Shown: positions 1 to 9,848 of the stretch, piece by piece
Layout of the letters: every line of letters begins with the position of its first letter
Position numbering within the stretch: position 1 is the stretch's first letter
The notes under the pieces: model-generated
Databases searched by the model: none
Told to the model about the DNA's origin: nothing
What the model saw: the letters and a program-made list of their open reading frames with translations, nothing else
Source of the DNA: an uncultured archaeon
GTDB taxonomy: Archaea > Thermoproteota > Nitrososphaeria_A > Caldarchaeales > Wolframiiraptoraceae
DNA length: 64,000 nt
NCBI GenBank assembly: GCA_938083505.1
Contig: CALKCF010000007.1
Location: 118,715-182,714, forward strand
Direction: 5' to 3'
Position numbers and translations under genes: made by a program

Positions 1-388
1 TCTTAGAACACATTCAAAACAAGTAATGTTAGGAGATTTGAATGTTAGAATAGAGCCACAATATGTGGAGACTCTTGCTAAGAATGTTGACTATTTTACG
101 ATTAGAACATCTTCATGGTTAGACATACTTTACCCTGACAACTTTAATAATGTCACGTTTAACAATTATAAAGAACGTTTACCCGAACTACTGTCCTCTA
201 TACCAGAGGATGTAAAACATAAGGTGCTTTTTAGTATTAACGCCATAGATATCGCAGATGGTTGGATGACTCCAGCAATAGCGCTTCAAGAAGATATAGA
301 TGCTTCATCAAAGTTTAAAATGAACGGGTATGTGATATATCACACAAACAAGTACTTACCATATAGAATAACTCCTTCAACTAAGTAA
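1..388 (+). CDS. 3' part of a hypothetical protein (frame open to window edge)
   Basis: Frame of ORF 26..388 is open back to base 2; no recognisable motif. Confidence 0.5.
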   Translation, partial: LRTHSKQVMLGDLNVRIEPQYVETLAKNVDYFTIRTSSWLDILYPDNFNNVTFNNYKERLPELLSSIPEDVKHKVLFSINAIDIADGWMTPAIALQEDIDASSKFKMNGYVIYHTNKYLPYRITPSTK

Positions 389-404
389 AGAATGTTCAAA
401 CTTA

Positions 405-869
405 TTACTGCTGTAGCCTCCTCCACTTAGGCACATGGGGATATATCTTTCCGTCTACCGAAACCCGTCCGCATCCTAAACACAGATCCTTATAAAACGC
501 AACAACATACCTTGCCGTGATAAACTTCTCAAGTTGTAGTGGTGCTCCCTCCATCCAGAGCTTACTCTGCTCTTTAGTTAGTTCTATTCGGTTCTTCTTA
601 ATTCTGTTACAGAGAAGCTGTGAACCTTCAATCGAAAGCACAACGTCATTCCCCTTAACTTTTGCTACATATAAACCCAATGAATGTACACCTTGCATTT
701 TTTCCGCGACCCTTATCGTATCATTCGTCGTCAGTCTAATTTTACCTTCACCAACTTGAATCAAAACTTTATCTGAAAAATCTTCAGCATCATAACACCT
801 CTTGAGCATTGCTTGGAAGGCTGACTTTTTTGAAGAGTTTAACAAAACTATTTTTTCATCAACTATCAC
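405..869 (-). CDS. RsmF C-terminal/PUA-like ribosome biogenesis protein
   Basis: LSIEGSQL, W..G and LGCG..P.VPK.RR pattern; overlaps the m5C methyltransferase. Confidence 0.65.
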   Translation of the reverse strand: MIVDEKIVLLNSSKKSAFQAMLKRCYDAEDFSDKVLIQVGEGKIRLTTNDTIRVAEKMQGVHSLGLYVAKVKGNDVVLSIEGSQLLCNRIKKNRIELTKEQSKLWMEGAPLQLEKFITARYVVAFYKDLCLGCGRVSVDGKIYPHVPKWRRLQQ

Positions 870-1800
870 CTTCTTTTACTATCTTTGCTATAAAGAACCC
901 CTCAGCTTCATGTTCATATGGATAAACTCTTACACATCGTTCGAGCTCAGGGTTGTACTTATTGTGTTGCCATTCCAGAAGTCCTTTGTTTATTTTTAAC
1001 CCCTCAAGTCGTATGTTCTCTAAGCGCGCATTAGGTTTATTTGCAAGAAGACGATCTATGACCCATTCGTTCTCCTGCGGGCTGAGCGTGCATGTGGCGT
1101 AGATCATTATGCCACCAACCTTCAAACATTCAAAGCCAGAGATAGCTAGGCTGAGCTGAAGTTTAGACAATCGCTCGGAAGTCCGAAAGCTCCATTTTTT
1201 TGCAGCACTCCAATCTTTGCTTACTATACCGAGTGATGTACACGGCGCGTCAACAAGAACTTTGTCAAAAAATCCTTTGGCCCATAATGGAAATTTCCTA
1301 CCATCGACCTGCGTGATAATACAGTTTATAACCCCGCACCTTTGAACATTAGAAGAGAGCGCCCTTATCCTCTTAATGTTCACATCATTTGCGACTATTA
1401 CACCCTCTCCTTGTAAAGCTTGTGCTATCTGTGTAGTTTTGCTACCTGGAGCGGCACAAAGGTCTAGAACGAGTTCACCAGGTTTAGGTGATAGTACCTC
1501 AACCGGAGCCATGGATACTGCGCCTTGAATGTATATTAGACCAAGCATATGCTCGAGCGTGTTTGAGACATTAACGTCGTTTACGACCCAATACCCATAT
1601 CTTGCCCAAGGTATCTTTTTAAGCTCTATACTCCTTTCTCTTAGCATGCTTAGCACATACTCCTCTCTGGCCTTTAATGTGTTGATTCTAATGGATTGTC
1701 GTATCGGTTTTTGATAACTTTCTAGCAAACTTTTAACATCTATATCCGGTATGCTGTACAAAAGGTTTCTGAGGTCCTCACTTATATTAATGGTGCTCAA
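859..1800 (-). CDS. RsmB/NOL1/NOP2/Sun family RNA m5C methyltransferase
   Basis: DLCAAPGSKT, DAPC, YATCT..PQENE motifs. Confidence 0.95.
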   Translation of the reverse strand: MSTINISEDLRNLLYSIPDIDVKSLLESYQKPIRQSIRINTLKAREEYVLSMLRERSIELKKIPWARYGYWVVNDVNVSNTLEHMLGLIYIQGAVSMAPVEVLSPKPGELVLDLCAAPGSKTTQIAQALQGEGVIVANDVNIKRIRALSSNVQRCGVINCIITQVDGRKFPLWAKGFFDKVLVDAPCTSLGIVSKDWSAAKKWSFRTSERLSKLQLSLAISGFECLKVGGIMIYATCTLSPQENEWVIDRLLANKPNARLENIRLEGLKINKGLLEWQHNKYNPELERCVRVYPYEHEAEGFFIAKIVKEGDS

Positions 1801-1824
1801 TGTTCATCACACGAGTTATTGCAC

Positions 1825-2448
1825 CTACTTGAATACTTCTCCAGTTTTGTCGGCCCATATTACGAGATCAAGGACCTCTGGCCTCATATTCAAATCCTTA
1901 GCAAATTCTATAAACTTCTTTTCAAGTTTCAGGTACGTTCTTTTTGTTAAAATTTTTGGAACTTCTTCTACAATCCCAGCCTCTTTCATACCTCTCAGTA
2001 TGTGTCTATCCAAAACAGACAATCCTTCATAACCAATGTTCCTCAAAAAATGGCTCGCCTCTTTATAACCCAAGCCCTTTATGTTTTTAACGAGCCACTC
2101 TCTTGCCTTAAAACCATCTGGAGGTAAATTCCTTAACGACTTCAAATAATTCCTTGCAGCAATTATATATTTAGCCTTTGACCTGGGAAATCGAACACCA
2201 GTCTTCCTTAATACGGATGTTATACTATCTTCGTCACCATAAAGTAGTAATGATTCTTTCTTTAGGATTGATATTGCCGCGTCTGCAGCCCTCGCTCTAG
2301 TCTGAGGAGTACACAGACAAAAACAAAGCTCCGCAAATATTTCCTCATCGCTTTTTTGTAAAACATCTTTAAATTCCCTAAGCCTGTCCTCTATCTCTTC
2401 ACGCCTCTCTTCGTAAATCTTCAAATACCTGCTAGCAGCATCATTCAT
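1825..2448 (-). CDS. ogg: 8-oxoguanine DNA glycosylase/AP lyase
   Basis: ELCFCLCT, HhH IKGLGYKEASHFLRNIG, LDRHI; start placed at ATG 2448, just after the herA stop. Confidence 0.9.
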   Translation of the reverse strand: MNDAASRYLKIYEERREEIEDRLREFKDVLQKSDEEIFAELCFCLCTPQTRARAADAAISILKKESLLLYGDEDSITSVLRKTGVRFPRSKAKYIIAARNYLKSLRNLPPDGFKAREWLVKNIKGLGYKEASHFLRNIGYEGLSVLDRHILRGMKEAGIVEEVPKILTKRTYLKLEKKFIEFAKDLNMRPEVLDLVIWADKTGEVFK

Positions 2449-2449
2449 G

Positions 2450-3934
2450 CTATTTGTTTTTCTCAACTCTTGGTATATGTAGTTGTTTATCGGAAAGTTC
2501 GAAAAATAGCCTAGTTTTGCCCATCGTCTCCACATCGACTTCCCTAACCTTGACAACGACTGGTATGTCCCTGACCAAATATCCTATAAGTAAGCAGTAA
2601 CGCGGAGGTAGGGATGCTGCCATTATCTTCACACTTTCAGAATCTATGCGTGAAGTTTTTGCTATCGCTTCTAAATCAGCTTCGTTAGTGAAGTTAAAAA
2701 GAATTATGTTATCCGCCTGTCTGTATATTGTTTCAGGGATAGAATCGGGCTGATTCGTCACAAAGATTGGTGATAAACCTAAATGTCTCATTCTTGTCAC
2801 TATGTCATCCCAGTACGTGTCCCTTAAATAAAGATGTGCCTCTTCAGCCACAAGGAATATTGGGGGCAACTTCTTTGCTTGCAATAATTCAGTAAGTTTA
2901 CTAACTAAATATTCGACAACCATCCTTCTCGTCGGAGGTAGCAGGTCTCTTAGGTTAACTACGAGCATTTTACCGTCAATACATTTGATAATTTTCTCAA
3001 AAGACGTTACGCAATCCTCATCATCTGTAATAATGCCTGTAGCCTCTATTGCCATAAGCCTACTCATCAATGCCTCTTTTACGGACTCATGTAGCTGTGT
3101 CTTTTGAATAACATCTATTAAATCTCTAAGGGTAACCTTACCCTTATTCCTTTTCAGAACGTTCCATATCCTAAAGAATTCCCGACTACTACTTGATGGT
3201 GTATCGTAGACGTGAATTAGTATATCCATAAAGGTCCTAAGGCCAACATCCTCCGTCCTAACTTTGAAGTTCTTACCAGGCTCCAGCACTTCATGCCGAA
3301 GGGCTATATTGCTCTGACTTCCATCAACCTTTCTCTTCAGATTTACGTATTCTCCGTTAATATCAAGCACTATAACCAAGGCCCCATACTCAACCAATGT
3401 AGTTGATATTAGCTTCGTTATGTGAGATTTTCCGGTTTCTTTCTTCCCAGTTATTATGGTCAATCTACCATCGAAGGATTCTGCATCAACCCAAAAGTCT
3501 TCCCCTCCTACTGTTCCAATGTGTACTTTTCGCTTACCCAGTAACTTCATTACGTTCCTTAATAAGTCGGCTTTCGCGACGGAGATGTTTGACCTAAATC
3601 TTGAAGGGAGCCATGAACTATTATTCGCAATTCTATCTCCATCTACAATGCACCTTATCTTACACCTTATCATTCTCGCTTCCTTTATCATAATTGTCAG
3701 CGAGCCTGTATCAAATGGGTCGAAGATGTTTTCATGATTCACGATTTCTAGCGAAACTTCGCGTAACATGTCTTCTAGTATGCCAGGAATATCTGCATAG
3801 TTTACATCTATCACTTGAGCAAGTATAAACTTATCTCCTTCGCTTAGTAAAAGATACTGACCTTTTTCCACCAGAATTTCTTGAGGAAATGCCAATACAT
3901 CCAACGTGTCTTTTTGCTTAGAAAAAATCTTCAT
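2450..3934 (-). CDS. herA: HerA/FtsK-like ATPase (DUF87)
   Basis: N-terminal HAS-like barrel, Walker A GKKETGKS, LDINGEY, Walker B VAEEAH, RMRHLG, TNQP. Confidence 0.85.
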   Translation of the reverse strand: MKIFSKQKDTLDVLAFPQEILVEKGQYLLLSEGDKFILAQVIDVNYADIPGILEDMLREVSLEIVNHENIFDPFDTGSLTIMIKEARMIRCKIRCIVDGDRIANNSSWLPSRFRSNISVAKADLLRNVMKLLGKRKVHIGTVGGEDFWVDAESFDGRLTIITGKKETGKSHITKLISTTLVEYGALVIVLDINGEYVNLKRKVDGSQSNIALRHEVLEPGKNFKVRTEDVGLRTFMDILIHVYDTPSSSSREFFRIWNVLKRNKGKVTLRDLIDVIQKTQLHESVKEALMSRLMAIEATGIITDDEDCVTSFEKIIKCIDGKMLVVNLRDLLPPTRRMVVEYLVSKLTELLQAKKLPPIFLVAEEAHLYLRDTYWDDIVTRMRHLGLSPIFVTNQPDSIPETIYRQADNIILFNFTNEADLEAIAKTSRIDSESVKIMAASLPPRYCLLIGYLVRDIPVVVKVREVDVETMGKTRLFFELSDKQLHIPRVEKNK

Positions 3935-3936
3935 AT

Positions 3937-4998
3937 CTAATGCCCGTCTAACGGATTGAAAAGGCTACTCCTTACATCGCCCATGTTAAAAGAATCTATA
4001 TTGAGCTTCTGCTTTAACAATTTCTGCAAAACTAACACGTCTACCTTATTAAATGTGCAATAATTGTGAGCTAACAATAGCGTCTCCGGATATCCGTATA
4101 TTATAGCATCGCTGCTGAGAAGATTATCAATTATGCACAAGGCATCATCCATTTCCCTTTCACTTACATCAAGCCTATAAGGAAAGAAAGTCCTAGATAG
4201 ATGTGATACTAATATCCTGCCGAATTTATGAATTTTAAGAGAAGAACATACAGCATCGCTTACATCAATAACGCACGGGGGGTCTATATTCGGCACTAGT
4301 GATGTTATCCTAGTTCCCAGATAGGACAAGTATGTCGATTTCGAGAAAGCAAGCACAACGTTGCCGTTTCGTTCAGCCTCATTAAGCGCCTCACGAATTA
4401 ATTGTAAGGAGTTGTCAGCTGGTCCAGCAGTTAACGAACCATCAAACAGTAGTATCGAGTCGGAAAACGCTGATGCTAAAGAACGCTGAAGCCATTTTTC
4501 AAGTAAGCTGCCTATGCTTCTATGTATCGTCTCAAAGCTTTCATTGAACGGCTGACCCTCGACGAGCTCTGACATAAAGGTGAACAAAGGCAGGTTATCT
4601 TCAAAAGATACGAAAAAGATGATGGGGCCAATTATCCATGACTCGATGCTTCCGGATCTTTTTCTCCTTACTACAGAACCCCTTAAAGCAGCGAAGTAAC
4701 CAAAAGGCCCCTCAGACAGCTTTATAACCGAAGTATCACATGCGATCACGTCGCACATCCTACCGGAAGGTCTCACTTTGTAAGCCTTAAGTGGCGGTAT
4801 CTTGTCAAACTCTACTATGACATCATGGCCAATATGATGGTAAAACCCATCAATACTAATGGTTAGTAAGGTCTTTCTTAGGTTTTCTATAGAACCCATC
4901 CCCATTTTAGAAAATGCTTTAAATACCTCTAAGAAGTTCTCAACAATGGGGGTCTCAATGTTTATGAATATGTTCATCCGCTCCTTCAATACTAACAC
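3937..4998 (-). CDS. nurA: NurA-family nuclease
   Basis: IACDTS, LLFDGSL, FSKS, GYPETLLLAH motifs; directly upstream of herA. Confidence 0.75.
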   Translation of the reverse strand: MLVLKERMNIFINIETPIVENFLEVFKAFSKMGMGSIENLRKTLLTISIDGFYHHIGHDVIVEFDKIPPLKAYKVRPSGRMCDVIACDTSVIKLSEGPFGYFAALRGSVVRRKRSGSIESWIIGPIIFFVSFEDNLPLFTFMSELVEGQPFNESFETIHRSIGSLLEKWLQRSLASAFSDSILLFDGSLTAGPADNSLQLIREALNEAERNGNVVLAFSKSTYLSYLGTRITSLVPNIDPPCVIDVSDAVCSSLKIHKFGRILVSHLSRTFFPYRLDVSEREMDDALCIIDNLLSSDAIIYGYPETLLLAHNYCTFNKVDVLVLQKLLKQKLNIDSFNMGDVRSSLFNPLDGH

Positions 4999-5046
4999 TA
5001 CAAATCTATGTGCTTATAAATTTTGCGCAATTTGGGTAATTTGCTC

Positions 5047-5478
5047 ATGTCACAAGAAAGGATAAAGGTTAAGATAACCATAGGAAAGGCGAACGTGGAG
5101 ATAGAAGCACCTCCCGATTTGCTAGAGAGATCTATAAAGGAGGTTATGGCTGCCCTCGGTGTCTCAAATACGTTAGAACCTGAGCCTGAATCCCAAAGGC
5201 GCACAAGGTCAGCCGAGACGTCCACCTGCAGGGGGTTGGTGGAAAGTATACTTAAAGAAGGGTGGTTCTCCACGCCGAGACAGTTGTCGGAGGTTGTGGC
5301 AGAGTTGGCCAGAAGAGGACACCATTACGATCCCACCGCTGTAGCCCACGTTTTATTGGATATGGTAAGGGAGGGTGGCCTAGTTAGAACAGGCCGTCCC
5401 AGAAGGTATTTGTATTCAGAACGGCCCGTATCAGCGGCTAAAGTGGAAACCGAAGAAAGCGAACCCAGAAGCGAGTAG
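5047..5478 (+). CDS. Hypothetical protein, N-terminal beta-hairpin/helix plus C-terminal winged helix
   Basis: WFSTPRQLSEV..EL...G.HY....V...L..MVREG.L.R.G wHTH pattern; start set at ATG 5047. Confidence 0.7.
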   Translation: MSQERIKVKITIGKANVEIEAPPDLLERSIKEVMAALGVSNTLEPEPESQRRTRSAETSTCRGLVESILKEGWFSTPRQLSEVVAELARRGHHYDPTAVAHVLLDMVREGGLVRTGRPRRYLYSERPVSAAKVETEESEPRSE

Positions 5479-5970
5479 TTATGCTTTTTCGACTTTGCCT
5501 TCCACAAACTCCTTAATGCCTAACATTGTTATAACATAGTCCCCTCTATCTAAGCGTCTGATGTAGCCCTTCCGCAAAAGCAGGCTTAGCTTTCCCGATA
5601 TAGTCTTCTCAGGCTTAGCTATACTTTTCGCAAGCTCAGAAGCATTTATGGAGGGCGACTCCGTCAGACCTAGTCCATGTTCGAGATACCTCTTTGTGCA
5701 TAAAAGCATTATCGCCTCTGAAACCGATAAAGTGTTTAGAGGTTTAAGTAAAAAGAAACCTTCTGCCTGATTATAAGCTAGGTACTCTTTCAATTTTTCG
5801 ATTAAATCTTGAATACCTACAGAGTAGCTTATCTTACTTGCAAGCGAGTACGAGGGCATTACCTTCTCCATAAAGAATATTATGCTTTTGTAGACATCCT
5901 CAGGTTTTCCCTCAAAATCTGCCCGGACATCTTTATACTGTATTGAGACCTTCATAAAATCTTCGCCCAT
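5479..5970 (-). CDS. Hypothetical winged-helix protein, related to neighbours
   Basis: ASELAKSI.KPEKTISGKLS.L.RKG.I.R..RG.Y. Confidence 0.7.
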   Translation of the reverse strand: MGEDFMKVSIQYKDVRADFEGKPEDVYKSIIFFMEKVMPSYSLASKISYSVGIQDLIEKLKEYLAYNQAEGFFLLKPLNTLSVSEAIMLLCTKRYLEHGLGLTESPSINASELAKSIAKPEKTISGKLSLLLRKGYIRRLDRGDYVITMLGIKEFVEGKVEKA

Positions 5971-5972
5971 GA

Positions 5973-6443
5973 TCAGACCTCCTCTACCAGCATGTTGATG
6001 GCGGATGTATTAAAAATATACCTTCCACTGTTAACCTTTATGACAAGACCAGACTTTCTCATATCGCTTAGCCTAGCTCTCGTAACCCTTTCCTCTAAAC
6101 CCGTGGCTGCCGAAATCTCCTTAGGAGAAAGCGCGTCATTTTCCAGAAGCCCAAGCACCCTACCCACGTATGCGGCCGCAAGACATAGGAGTATTTTTTT
6201 CTTTGCGTCCGCCCGGGTTGAGACGATTATCCTACCATTTGTTATCTGAACATTTCCCGAAAGCAATAAGGCGATGTGGGAAACGTCGGCAGTTCCCATA
6301 AATTTCTTTAATATGGATAGAGACGGATAAAGCTCTGAAAGATACTTGTTAACGCTCATCCATACCTCTTCATAATTTCCGTCAAACTCGACGGAAATGT
6401 CGTCATGTTGTATTCTTATCTTAAGACCTTTCGCATTTTGCAA
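5973..6443 (-). CDS. Hypothetical winged-helix protein, related to neighbours
   Basis: SPKEISAATGLEERVTRARLSDMRKSG.V.K...G.Y. Confidence 0.7.
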   Translation of the reverse strand: MQNAKGLKIRIQHDDISVEFDGNYEEVWMSVNKYLSELYPSLSILKKFMGTADVSHIALLLSGNVQITNGRIIVSTRADAKKKILLCLAAAYVGRVLGLLENDALSPKEISAATGLEERVTRARLSDMRKSGLVIKVNSGRYIFNTSAINMLVEEV

Positions 6444-6510
6444 AGTCTTTAACCAATATATGAATTAAGAAATACATACATTAAAATTTATCGTTGTTAA
6501 ATAGTTTTTA

Positions 6511-8427
6511 TTAAAGAGTGTCGGATTTGAGTTCCTGAATCGCCTTTAATAGCATGCTGTTTATGAGTGCGCCATTAACCCTGCCCCTGTAATCTTTCAT
6601 AAGCTTACCCATCAGCTTAGCCACGGCTTTCCTTTCGTCATTAAGAATCTCTTGTTTATGTTCTTTAACGAGTGTCTTAATCTTATCCTCCACCTCTGAA
6701 GTCGGAGGAGACCAAAGACGGAGCTCCTCTATAATTTGCTCAACATTTTGTCCTTTTTGGGCTACGGCCGTTAAGACATCCCTAACAGCTTCCTTCGCGA
6801 CCTTACCACATGACACGAGTTCAAAGAATCTCATCATGTGCGCTTTGGTTATCTTCTCAATATTAATTCCATCCCTCCTTAAACTTCTGAGCAGTTCCGT
6901 CAACGTAGAGGCCACAAGAGTGGGGGGTGCTCCGGTTTTTGAGACGATGTCCTCGAAATCTTCAACCACCTCACTGTCTATAAGGTCATTTGCAAGCTGC
7001 TTGCTAAGCCCATACCTCTCTACGAGTTGTTGAGCCGTCGTGTCCAAAGTGGGTGGAAGCCTTGCTTTTAGAGACTCAATATAATCTTGTGAAATTACAA
7101 TTGGTGGTATGTCAGTCTCTGGATACATCCTTGCTGAGCCCGGCCTCGGCCTCATATAAACGGTTGTCCCATCAGGTCTTGCTGCCCTAGTTTCTTCAGG
7201 CACACCGTCCAAGGCTTCCACAGCTCTTTCTTTAATAACATTTATTGCATCTAATGCTTTGCCTTCTTCAGCTGCCACTATGACCACAGCATCGGATTCT
7301 CCAGCATGCGTTACATCTCTGAGAACCTTGACTTCCTCAACTGTTATTCCATAATTAGGGAGCTCATCCGTATGGAATATACCTTCTACTTCGCTCCATA
7401 CCTTTACCCTTCCTGCAATCTCTGCACCGAGTCTTATACCGGGCGAGGGGTGTAGAGCCAACAATCCAGCAAATCCCTTTAATACTATTGCGTATACAAC
7501 GCCGCCCGCCTCGATCTGTCTTTTGATTACCCTGCTGGAAGTTTTAGAAAATATGGAGGTAACATCAACTGGTTTTGCGCCCCAGATATCTTCTTTTTTA
7601 ACACCACGCTTCAACAATTCCTCTTTTATCCACAAAAGATGCATCTGCCGCTTAACTTCGTTTTCCACAACCTTCTGGATGAGCTCAAGTTCTTGGACAC
7701 CTTTTATCTCAACTGGTGCTCCACCTCGGATTGATATATTCAAATCTTGTCTGACGGTCCCTATACCTCTCTTAACTTTACCCGTTGCCCTTAATATCCT
7801 CCCTATGGCATAAGCTACTTCTATGGCCTCTTCAGGTGATTCAATGACGGGTTCTGTCGAAACTTCTATCAATGGTATGCCGAGTCTTGATAGGTCGTAA
7901 TGAACCTCGTCCTTTCTAACCTCTATTATCCTAGCGGCATCTTCCTCGAGCGTTATTGCTTGTATGGGTATTATTTTGTTCTTTATCTTTATTTGTCCTC
8001 CTATTGCGACTACACACGTGCGCTGGAACCCTGTCGTGTTAGAACCGTCTATGACTATCTTACGCATTACATGCACCTCATCAACCGGTTTAGAGTCAAG
8101 TAAAAGAGCAACTGTAAGGGCCACTTCAAGAGCCTCAGGATTTAAGTTATGCGGAGGTTCCTCGTCCATCTCGACCAGGCAAACATTTTTGAGATCTGCA
8201 TGGTAGATTATCGTCTTTCTTTTTCTTGATTCAAACATTGCAGCTGCGTCTACCATACCCAATTCGCTTTGAACTTCTCTCAGCCTTCTCATGAAAGTTA
8301 TGCTTTCTGCACCTTCAACAGCCTCCGTAGGACAGTCGCAAAACAACTTCTTTTTTGTGTTTAGTTGCCTATGTATCTCCAGACCGACTTTTAACCCTAC
8401 TTTCGAGTAATCCTCCATATTCACCAC
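6511..8427 (-). CDS. gatE: Glu-tRNA(Gln) amidotransferase subunit E
   Basis: GLEIHRQL, RKIVIDGSNTTGFQRT, RPRPGSARMYPETD. Confidence 0.98.
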   Translation of the reverse strand: MVNMEDYSKVGLKVGLEIHRQLNTKKKLFCDCPTEAVEGAESITFMRRLREVQSELGMVDAAAMFESRKRKTIIYHADLKNVCLVEMDEEPPHNLNPEALEVALTVALLLDSKPVDEVHVMRKIVIDGSNTTGFQRTCVVAIGGQIKIKNKIIPIQAITLEEDAARIIEVRKDEVHYDLSRLGIPLIEVSTEPVIESPEEAIEVAYAIGRILRATGKVKRGIGTVRQDLNISIRGGAPVEIKGVQELELIQKVVENEVKRQMHLLWIKEELLKRGVKKEDIWGAKPVDVTSIFSKTSSRVIKRQIEAGGVVYAIVLKGFAGLLALHPSPGIRLGAEIAGRVKVWSEVEGIFHTDELPNYGITVEEVKVLRDVTHAGESDAVVIVAAEEGKALDAINVIKERAVEALDGVPEETRAARPDGTTVYMRPRPGSARMYPETDIPPIVISQDYIESLKARLPPTLDTTAQQLVERYGLSKQLANDLIDSEVVEDFEDIVSKTGAPPTLVASTLTELLRSLRRDGINIEKITKAHMMRFFELVSCGKVAKEAVRDVLTAVAQKGQNVEQIIEELRLWSPPTSEVEDKIKTLVKEHKQEILNDERKAVAKLMGKLMKDYRGRVNGALINSMLLKAIQELKSDTL

Positions 8428-9761
8428 GAGCCAGTATTGGGCAAACTTCTCGAATAAATCTCTCCGGCGATATTCGTCAGCATAAGTTTTTTAACTTCAT
8501 CCAATTCGGCACCGTCAGCAAGGTTGCCGAATGTCCACATAAGCTTAACGAGTGCAACCTCGGATAGCATGTCATCAAGCGGAACCACACCTGCTTTTTG
8601 TAAATCCCTGCCACTATCATATACATTCATATTGACCCTTCCGAACTTACACTGAGATGTCATACCTATGAATATGCCATCCTTCGTTAGCTCCCTTATA
8701 ACTGGTACCCAATCTGAGGAAACATGCCCTAATCCTGTCCCCTCTATTATGAAACCCTTTGTTCCCTTCTCGGCTAGAATTGTTAGTATGTCGGGTTTCA
8801 TGGATGGGAAGAACTTAATGAGAAATGCTCTCTCATCAAACTTTGGTTTATAGATATACTCACTAGACCCCCTTGGGTTTAGATCGTTAGCCACTATCTT
8901 AAGCTCACCATGCTGATAGTAAGCAATTGGTTGCGAATTTACTGAACGGAAGGCATCCCTGCTACTTGTATGTAGCTTGATGACCCTAGTACCCCTATGT
9001 ATGGCTATAACGTCGTCGGAGTGCCATTTATGCATAGCAACAACAACTTCACCGAAAGGCGCTCTGGCTGCTGTTGCGACAGCTGCAATTAAGTTAGTAG
9101 CAGCATCGCTTGAAGGTCTGTCCGAAGACCTTTGCGCACCAACAAGAACGATTGGAATAGGTGGCCTCTGGAGTGCGAAGCTAAGTGCCGCAGCCGTATA
9201 TCCCATAGTATCTGTGCCATGCGTTAAGACCACACCATCTATGCTTTTACGAATAAAGCGGTCTATAGCTTCGGCCATTCCGATCCAATGTTGAATGCGA
9301 ACGTTCTCACTAAACACGTTATATAGCGCCTCGGTGTTTATATTCGCGATTTCTACAAGTTCGGGAATTATTGCTAGAAGATCGTTCGCGTCTAAAGCGG
9401 GCCTAACTGCTCCAGTCCTATATTCTACTCTGCTGGCTATAGTTCCGCCTGTACTGATTATGACAACATTTGGAAGGTCACTTACAGTTTGTGGTTTAGG
9501 CAGTCGCACGAACGTCGGCTTTACTCCAGCAGAAATTTTAGATATAGTGGTACTCTCTGTCACCCTTATGCCTATGTTATAGCCATTAGGCAGTTTTAGC
9601 GTTATGTGTTTTGGGTCTGCCAGCTCGTATCTAACCATCAGTATACCTCTATATCTTCTGCCGTTTGATACTACCTCGACTTCATCTCCGACACTTACGT
9701 TTTCCCGCTCTAGAAGTTCCTTTATAATGCCTGAGTATCCATGCAACTCTGATGCATTCAT
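8421..9761 (-). CDS. gatD: Glu-tRNA(Gln) amidotransferase subunit D
   Basis: TGGTIASR, HGTDTM, GAQRSSDRPSSD. Confidence 0.98.
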   Translation of the reverse strand: MNASELHGYSGIIKELLERENVSVGDEVEVVSNGRRYRGILMVRYELADPKHITLKLPNGYNIGIRVTESTTISKISAGVKPTFVRLPKPQTVSDLPNVVIISTGGTIASRVEYRTGAVRPALDANDLLAIIPELVEIANINTEALYNVFSENVRIQHWIGMAEAIDRFIRKSIDGVVLTHGTDTMGYTAAALSFALQRPPIPIVLVGAQRSSDRPSSDAATNLIAAVATAARAPFGEVVVAMHKWHSDDVIAIHRGTRVIKLHTSSRDAFRSVNSQPIAYYQHGELKIVANDLNPRGSSEYIYKPKFDERAFLIKFFPSMKPDILTILAEKGTKGFIIEGTGLGHVSSDWVPVIRELTKDGIFIGMTSQCKFGRVNMNVYDSGRDLQKAGVVPLDDMLSEVALVKLMWTFGNLADGAELDEVKKLMLTNIAGEIYSRSLPNTGSW

Positions 9762-9848
9762 GCAGTCCGACTTACGCTTTATTTACACGATATATTAACT
9801 TATTGTGTTACGAAAGTTTTTATAAGAATTGTTACAGGTATTCTCGAA

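Noticed and set aside
2449-2556. N-terminal extension of Ogg in the ORF track
   Set aside because: Overlaps the herA 3' end; ATG 2448 gives a typical length
5047-6443. ESCRT-II (Vps22/25/36) homologs
   Set aside because: Single C-terminal wHTH each and no ESCRT/ubiquitin neighbours
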